Shown here: positions 58,323 to 64,000 of the stretch, one piece after another
How positions within the stretch are numbered: the first letter of the stretch is position 1
Layout: the number at the start of each line of letters is the position of its first letter
Assembly: GCA_027310625.1 (NCBI GenBank)
Contig: DAIDAM010000003.1
Span: 2,239-66,238, forward strand
DNA length: 64,000 nucleotides
Direction: 5' to 3'
Source: a bacterium
GTDB taxonomy: Bacteria; Patescibacteriota; Minisyncoccia; UBA6257; 2-01-FULL-56-20
The notes under the pieces: generated by a model
Told to the model about the DNA's origin: nothing
Databases searched by the model: none
Seen by the model: the letters and a program-made list of their open reading frames with translations, nothing else
Translations under genes and position numbers: made by a program

Positions 58323-59445
58323 TTAAATTCGCGACATTCGCATGGAATTCGCGTCATTCGCATCGCACAGTAATTCTACCTCACTCTCAATAAATATGTC
58401 TATGTCTCCTTCAAGAACATTATCCACCTGCGTCGTTTCCACATTTGTCCTGTTGTCTTTCACGAGTTTATAAGGATTCAGAACATAGGAGCGTATCTGA
58501 TTTCCCCATTCCGGCTTGACGTTCACGCGCAACTTGGAAAGCTCATCAACCTTGTTTTTTTCCATCAACTGCATGAGTTTTGATTTCAGCAAGCTCAGCG
58601 CTTTCTGCCTGTTTTGCTCCTGCGAACGCTCGGCGCGCGAACTGGCGGAAATTCCGGTCGGGACGTGAACGACGCGGACGGCGGTTTCCACTTTGTTGAC
58701 ATTCTGCCCTCCGGGTCCGCCGGAGCGCGAAAATTCAAGTTTCAAATCTTTTTCGGGAATCTCCAGTTTTGACTCTTCAATTTCCGGAAGTTCGGGAACA
58801 ACCTCAACCAAAGCGAAAGAAGTGTGGCGGAGTTTTTTTGCCGAAAATGGCGAAACTCTAACGAGGCGGTGCACGCCTGATTCGTTCTTCAAATAACCAT
58901 AAATGTAATCCCCCTTCCCGCCCGAGGCGGGTCCCTGCCCGACGGCGGGCGTGGCGCCTCTGGCGGAGATTTCGAGCGTCCGACGATTCGGAGTATCGTC
59001 AAGAATTGCTATTTGCCATTTGCGCTTCGCCGCATAGCTTCTGTACATTTCAAAAAGCATTCTCGCCCAATCAGCCGCGTCCTCTCCTCCCGCGCCGGGA
59101 TAAACCGAAATCACCGCCGGCTCTTTGTCGTATTTGCCTTTGAAAAGTTCTTCCAGTTCCAGCTGGCGGAATTTCCGCTTCGTTTCGTAAAACTTATTCT
59201 CGTCAAAATTCTTTTCTAGTATCTCAATATCATTTTCAATATCCGAGTATCGCTTCAATAGATTATCCAATTCGCCGAACTCCTTTATTTTTTGGTCAGC
59301 CCTCTTTCTGTCCGCCCAAAAATCCGGCTGCGACATTTCCGCCTCGATTTCGTTTTTCAGTTGTTCTTTTCCGGCGACGTCAAAGCCGGCCGCCTAAGCG
59401 GCGGCATTCAACTGCTAAATCCTTTAATTCCTGTCTGAGGTCCAT
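58323..59445 (-). CDS. prfB: Peptide chain release factor 2 with programmed +1 frameshift
   Basis: ORF1 59445-59380 MDLRQ...GGRL* ends CTT TGA C with SD-like AGGCGG just upstream; SPF and GGQ motifs in ORF2. Confidence 0.95.
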
Positions 59446-59547
59446 GAGGGAAGTATTACACAAATTAGAGAACTTGAAAATAACACGCCCGTACTCGCTT
59501 TTCCGCAACCGAATTTCGTGACAGCTAAGCTGGTGCGCCGCTTAAAA

Positions 59548-61059
59548 TTAAGCGAATAACGTCAATTCTCGTTTTGCGGGATGCAAATCAAATTCTTTCA
59601 CCAAAGTAGAATTTATTGGGAGTTTTTCAAGTGATCTTGGCTCAACCTTAATGGCACCCGAGCCATAAGATTTCCCAACCAACTGTAGATTTGAAATTGT
59701 ACTTGGGTGTTGCAGAACTTGCCAAAGCTTCTCGATGAATTCCTTATCGTTTGAACGAGGATATACACAAAGAAATCCGGTGAGGGGAACGATGCCCGCC
59801 TCATTTTTGATAAATCGGGCATTACGCCGTCCCAAATATGCAAAGAGGAACATTGGTACTTCTCTCACTTCCATTTTATACCAAGGTTGTCGTGTGGAAA
59901 TTAGAGCGCGTTTTGCTAGGCCACTTTTTTCCCCCTCTTGAATATAACTTTTGACCGATTCTGGTAAATCTTCCCATTTAACACCGTTCGGAAAGAAAAG
60001 CAGTGTCGGTCGTCCTTTTTCTTCAAGTCTTTTAATCGTTTCTTCTGTGATAAAAGATTCCTCCGCATCTCTTGTTCTACCTATTGCGGGCAAGAAAAAT
60101 TTTTCTGGAATTTGAAGATTTTTTGCCTGTTCTTTTGTGAGAAAGAAAAACTCATTTGCACCCGTAGCAATTCCTCGCATTACTCGAGCGAAATCGGCAA
60201 GCGTAAATTCAAAATGATGATCTTCGAGCGGTTTTCGAGAAAGCCCAACAGATAGAGCTTCTTCTAAACTGCGATTGTAAATTTCTAAATCATCAAAGTT
60301 GTCATCGAGGAGATCATTTTTTAGAAATTCAAATAATCCTCGGCTTTGTGGCTCAAGACAACGACCCCATTTCAGTTTTTCTTGGGGTCTGGCATTTCTT
60401 ATCAAGAAAATAACAGCATTTGTATCAACACCAGGGAATGGTGTTGCCTTCTGATCAAAAGTGATAACTCCATCAATGCAGAATTTCTTTGAAATCCAAT
60501 TCCAAAGTTTTTTTGAAAATACGCCCTCGCAGGTATCGGCTGGCATAATAAACGCCAATCTTCCGCTTTTATCGAGCAAACTCAATGCTTGTATCAAAAA
60601 GTAAATATGAAGCCCTGCTCGTCCGTCCAAAGTATCGCCAATGTTAAGCAAACTTATTTTGCGGAACTGATCTTTTTGCTCTTGTGAGAGGCGGTGGTGG
60701 CGGATATAGGGCGGATTTGCAACGATGGCTTTAAAAAGTTTTTGGGGTGGATTAAGAATAAAATCCCGCATTTCTAGTTGAGCATTACGATCAAAAATTC
60801 CTTTTTCTTTTGCTTGAGAAATCACTTCTGGATCAATATCTATTCCAAAAAACATTCTTCTTGGAGTAACTTTCTTTAGTGCAGTGTAAAAAGCTCCCAT
60901 TCCCACGCCAGGGTCAAAAATTAAATCAGCATCGTGCGAGACATACGCCACCATCGCCTCTGCAACCCAGTCAGGTGTCCAAAATTGCCCTTTATCGCGC
61001 AATTTTTCGCGTTCGTTCCATTGCTTATTAGGTAATTTTTGATGAATTACTTTTTTCAT
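59548..61059 (-). CDS. N6-adenine DNA methyltransferase (type II R-M)
   Basis: GQFWTP, FDPGVGMG, NPPY. Confidence 0.9.
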   Translation of the reverse strand: MKKVIHQKLPNKQWNEREKLRDKGQFWTPDWVAEAMVAYVSHDADLIFDPGVGMGAFYTALKKVTPRRMFFGIDIDPEVISQAKEKGIFDRNAQLEMRDFILNPPQKLFKAIVANPPYIRHHRLSQEQKDQFRKISLLNIGDTLDGRAGLHIYFLIQALSLLDKSGRLAFIMPADTCEGVFSKKLWNWISKKFCIDGVITFDQKATPFPGVDTNAVIFLIRNARPQEKLKWGRCLEPQSRGLFEFLKNDLLDDNFDDLEIYNRSLEEALSVGLSRKPLEDHHFEFTLADFARVMRGIATGANEFFFLTKEQAKNLQIPEKFFLPAIGRTRDAEESFITEETIKRLEEKGRPTLLFFPNGVKWEDLPESVKSYIQEGEKSGLAKRALISTRQPWYKMEVREVPMFLFAYLGRRNARFIKNEAGIVPLTGFLCVYPRSNDKEFIEKLWQVLQHPSTISNLQLVGKSYGSGAIKVEPRSLEKLPINSTLVKEFDLHPAKRELTLFA

Positions 61060-62003
61060 AGTGAGTCTAGGATTTCAACAGCTTCCTTGCGAATTTTCAA
61101 TTTTCCGCCATCGAATTTTACATAAGGCAAAATGTGTCCATTTTTGTCCTCGACATACGCTGAAACAAGTTTCGGCTCCTCAACAGCATCACCGAGTGGG
61201 TATCCGTACCGATAGTAAATTTTGTATATTGCTTTCTTTGTTGTCGCGCCGCCTGGAGCTTGGAATGTTTGAATTGTCGGCTGAATAAGGCCGTCGTTTA
61301 TTAAACGCTCTGCTTCATCAAGAGGAATGCCAAATGCTTGATCGTAAAATACATGCCAAACATGAATTGGCACATGATTTTGATCTTGCCATTTCTTTAG
61401 TGGCTCACGATCTTCTTCTTTAATAATGATTGTCGGCAATACTGCGGTCTTTTTTAATCCAAGTTTTCCATTCAACCTTTTTTGAGCCGAGAATTCCGTC
61501 GCATAATCCGGCATTTTCTTTGACTTCCATAAACTGTTTTCACATTCAATCGCGGCAACAGCTTTCTTGAGCAATGGCTTTAATTTATCTTCTTGGATAA
61601 ACGGCAATTCCTGCACTCCGCCAATCACCTTCAAAAATTTATCAATTTCGCTCTTGTCTTCTTTTTTGAAAACGAGCAAATCCGGTCTTTTGATGTTTCC
61701 AAGTCCAGCGGCCTCCAATCGTTCGAAATATAACTCGAATGCACGGACATCATCCGTTGGGGCAGTGCCGCTTGGTCCATAAGGAATCGCAAAATATCCA
61801 CCATTTTCGTTTACGGCTTCAATCAAGCGATTTTCGCTCCACACACCTTGCGACCACCGCATTAGAAAGTCGCTTCCGCGAAGCCGTCGAGGATTTAGAA
61901 GAAAATCAGTCCAAGGCAACAAAGGAAAATCATGTATCTCCAGGGCGATGTTTTCTTTCGAAACACTTAAGACTTTTTCAAATGAGTGAATGTGTTTTTT
62001 CAT
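61056..62003 (-). CDS. AccI-family type II restriction endonuclease
   Basis: MRWSQGVWSE, YGPS, KRPDLL, AIECENSLW; ATGA-type overlap with the MTase gene; family recognised from recalled motifs. Confidence 0.75.
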   Translation of the reverse strand: MKKHIHSFEKVLSVSKENIALEIHDFPLLPWTDFLLNPRRLRGSDFLMRWSQGVWSENRLIEAVNENGGYFAIPYGPSGTAPTDDVRAFELYFERLEAAGLGNIKRPDLLVFKKEDKSEIDKFLKVIGGVQELPFIQEDKLKPLLKKAVAAIECENSLWKSKKMPDYATEFSAQKRLNGKLGLKKTAVLPTIIIKEEDREPLKKWQDQNHVPIHVWHVFYDQAFGIPLDEAERLINDGLIQPTIQTFQAPGGATTKKAIYKIYYRYGYPLGDAVEEPKLVSAYVEDKNGHILPYVKFDGGKLKIRKEAVEILDSL

Positions 62004-62068
62004 AATTACTTATTTAAAGTAGTATAGCTTTGTTTAATAGATTTACGGCTTCAATCTTACAATACTAG

Positions 62069-62136
62069 TGGGCCAGGAAGGACTCTCCGCCCGAGGCGGA
62101 TGCGCCCTGGGCGCAGAACCTAGAACCTCGAGGTAT
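62069..62136 (-). pseudogene. tRNA 3'-half relic with a 30-nt double hairpin inserted in the T-loop
   Basis: Minus strand TACC..GGTTCTAGGTTC[TGCGCCCAGGGCGCATCCGCCTCGGGCGGA]GAGTCCT..TGGCCCA. Confidence 0.65.
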
Positions 62137-62197
62137 ATGAAACAAAACTTCGTTTTGTTTCATCAATCAGGTCGCTCGTCGAAGATTAGAATATTTG

Positions 62198-62271
62198 TGG
62201 GCATGCCTGGACTCGAACCAGGAACCGCTAAGGTATAAGCTTAGTGCTCTAACCAGTTGAGCTACATGCCC
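62198..62271 (-). tRNA. tRNA-Ile(UAU)
   Basis: GGGCATG/CATGCCC acceptor, D-arm GCTC/GAGC, anticodon arm CTAAG-CTTATAC-CTTAG, GTTCGAGTCC. Confidence 0.9.
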
Positions 62272-62307
62272 ATTTTAATATTCTAATCCTCTTCTCGCTA
62301 CTGATTG

Positions 62308-62341
62308 TAAGCTTAGCGCTCTGCCGTTGAGCTATGTGCGC
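62308..62341 (-). pseudogene. tRNA 5'-half relic ending in the anticodon loop
   Basis: Minus strand GCGCACATAGCTCAACGGCAGAGCGCTAAGCTTA, similar to the tRNA-Ile 5' half. Confidence 0.7.
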
Positions 62342-62346
62342 ATATT

Positions 62347-62442
62347 AGCAACCAGAATTTTGAGACCAGAAACCGGAGTTATTTTTACTCAACAGTCGCT
62401 TTGTCTCTGGTCGCTGGTCTCTGGTCGCTGGTCGCTGGTCGC
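62347..62442. repeat. Empty inverted heptamer array (GAGACCA / CTGGTCG)
   Basis: gcaacca, gagacca gaaaccg, then (ctggtcg/ctggtct) x5; same family at 53491-53641, 9908-9940 and 11372-11405. Confidence 0.8.
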
Positions 62443-64000
62443 TACACCGTCACCGGCTTTATCTTATAAGGTTTCAGCAAATTGTAAAATTCGTCGCCTT
62501 CGATAGTTTCTTTCTCAATGAGCGTTTCGGCGACTTTTTTGAGAGCGTTTTTGTTGGTCTGAAGAATTTTTTGCGCGACAGCGTGAGCGCGTTCAACGAA
62601 GGCGCGGACTTCTTCGTCTATTTTTTCCGCCATTTTCTCGGAGTAATTTTTCTCGGTGGCGATTTCCCGTCCGAGGAAAATGAGCTCTTCGGTTTTGCCG
62701 AAAGTCAGCGGGCCGAGTTTTTCGCTCATACCGTATTTGGTAACGAGAGCGCGGGCGAGTTCCGACGCCTGGCGCAAATCATTGGAAGCGCCGGTGGAAA
62801 CGTCGCCGAAAATTATTTTTTCCGAAGCGTAGCCGCCCATCATCACGGCGATGTCGTTCAAAAACTGCGTTTTGGTGCGAAGGTGCTGTTCCTCCATCGG
62901 CAGTTTCATCGTGTATCCTCCCGCCATCCCTCTGCTGATGATGGAAATTTTATGAACGGGGTCGGAGCCCTTGAGCGATGCGGCGACGAGCGCGTGCCCG
63001 CCTTCGTGATAAGCGGTGATTTTCTTTTCGTTTTCCGAAATCGCGCGGCTTCTCCTTTCAGGCCCGAGTATTACTTTCTCAATCGCTTCCTGAAGTTCTT
63101 CCTGACCGATTTCTTTTTTGTTCGCGCGTCCGGCAAGAATCGCCCCTTCGTTCATAAGATTCGCCAAGTCGGCGCCGGAAAACCCGGGTGTCCTGATGGC
63201 GAGTTTTCTTAAGTCAATGCCCTTTGCGAGAATTTTTCCCTTGCTGTGGATTTTTAAAATCTCCTCACGGTCGTTGATGTCCGGCAAATCAAGAACAACG
63301 CGCCTATCAAACCTTCCCGGACGGAGAAGCGCAGGGTCGAGAATGTCGGGGCGGTTGGTTGCAGCAAGAACGATAACGCGCGTGTCTCTGTCAAAGCCGT
63401 CGAGCTCCACGAGAATCTGGTTGAGCGTTTGTTCGCGCTCGTCGTTTCCCCCGCCGAGCCCCGCGCCGCGCTGGCGACCGACGGCATCAATTTCATCAAT
63501 GAAAAGTATGGAAGGCGCCGCTTTCTTTGCGGTCGCGAAAGCGTCGCGCGTTCTTGAGGCGCCGACGCCAACAAACATCTCAACGAACTCCGAAGCGGAA
63601 ATGTGGAAGAAAGGAACGTTTGATTCGCCCGCAACGGCCCGCGCCATAAGAGTTTTTCCGGTTCCCGGAGGACCCATCAAAAGGACGCCGCGCGGGATTC
63701 TCGCGCCCAAATCAAGAAATTTTTTCGGGTCCTTCAGAAACTGGACGATTTCCAGAAGTTCTTCTTTCGCCTCCTTCAACCCTGCAACGTCCTTGAAAGT
63801 TATTTTTTCTTTTTCAAAACCGGAGAGGCGGATGTTGGAACGCCCGAAGCTGAACGCCTGATTGACGCCCGTCCGCGCTTGACGGAGCATGAACCAAAAA
63901 ATCAGTCCGATTATCAAAACCGGCAAAACGGAGGGAATGAGAATCGCGGCCCAGTACTGAAATCCCGACTCGCTTTCAACGCCGATTTTAACTTTTTCAA
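62442..64000 (-). CDS. ftsH: ATP-dependent zinc metalloprotease FtsH (5' end outside window)
   Basis: [31 protein letters not shown]. Confidence 0.97.
   Translation of the reverse strand, partial: EKVKIGVESESGFQYWAAILIPSVLPVLIIGLIFWFMLRQARTGVNQAFSFGRSNIRLSGFEKEKITFKDVAGLKEAKEELLEIVQFLKDPKKFLDLGARIPRGVLLMGPPGTGKTLMARAVAGESNVPFFHISASEFVEMFVGVGASRTRDAFATAKKAAPSILFIDEIDAVGRQRGAGLGGGNDEREQTLNQILVELDGFDRDTRVIVLAATNRPDILDPALLRPGRFDRRVVLDLPDINDREEILKIHSKGKILAKGIDLRKLAIRTPGFSGADLANLMNEGAILAGRANKKEIGQEELQEAIEKVILGPERRSRAISENEKKITAYHEGGHALVAASLKGSDPVHKISIISRGMAGGYTMKLPMEEQHLRTKTQFLNDIAVMMGGYASEKIIFGDVSTGASNDLRQASELARALVTKYGMSEKLGPLTFGKTEELIFLGREIATEKNYSEKMAEKIDEEVRAFVERAHAVAQKILQTNKNALKKVAETLIEKETIEGDEFYNLLKPYKIKPVTV

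Noticed and set aside
59380-59385. prfB internal stop as a pseudogene or a novelty
   Set aside because: It is the canonical CTT-TGA +1 programmed frameshift.

Overview
This 64 kb window looks like a Patescibacteria/CPR (Parcubacteria-like) chromosome; the taxon is inferred from gene content, and RF2 plus TGA stops indicate the standard genetic code. Core genes: secF, pepA, trmD, split comEC, ftsW-murG, gltX, murE, murC (frameshifted), rpmA, rplI, ctpA, def-fmt, a type IV pilus operon, ftsEX, prfB (programmed frameshift), ftsH (partial), tRNA-Gln(UUG) and an unusual tRNA-Ile(UAU). Accessory content: two VirB4/TraD-like ATPases, an ArsR gene with two Cys-rich paralogs, an AccI-like restriction-modification pair, and an ~8.5 kb surface island bounded by a duplicated fmt 3' end. 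The island encodes a candidate donor-strand filament: a major subunit, a tail-collar-repeat tip adhesin, a chaperone-like anchor, and dockerin and cohesin proteins. The most striking unexplained signal is a dense set of miniature inverted-repeat elements. (i) Inverted arrays of degenerate 7-mer or ~10-mer tandem repeats occur either filled (enclosing a four-helix-bundle/Avd-like gene) or empty, at gene junctions and in-frame inside core genes. (ii) CCC...GGG-ended hairpins occur filled (a GIY-YIG nuclease gene with 15-bp terminal inverted repeats) or empty, including at the prepilin cleavage sites of three minor pilins. (iii) Nested GC-rich mini-hairpins sit in trmD, prfB and a split tRNA relic that encloses the intact tRNA-Ile. 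All calls were made by eye from sequence motifs; no database searches were run.
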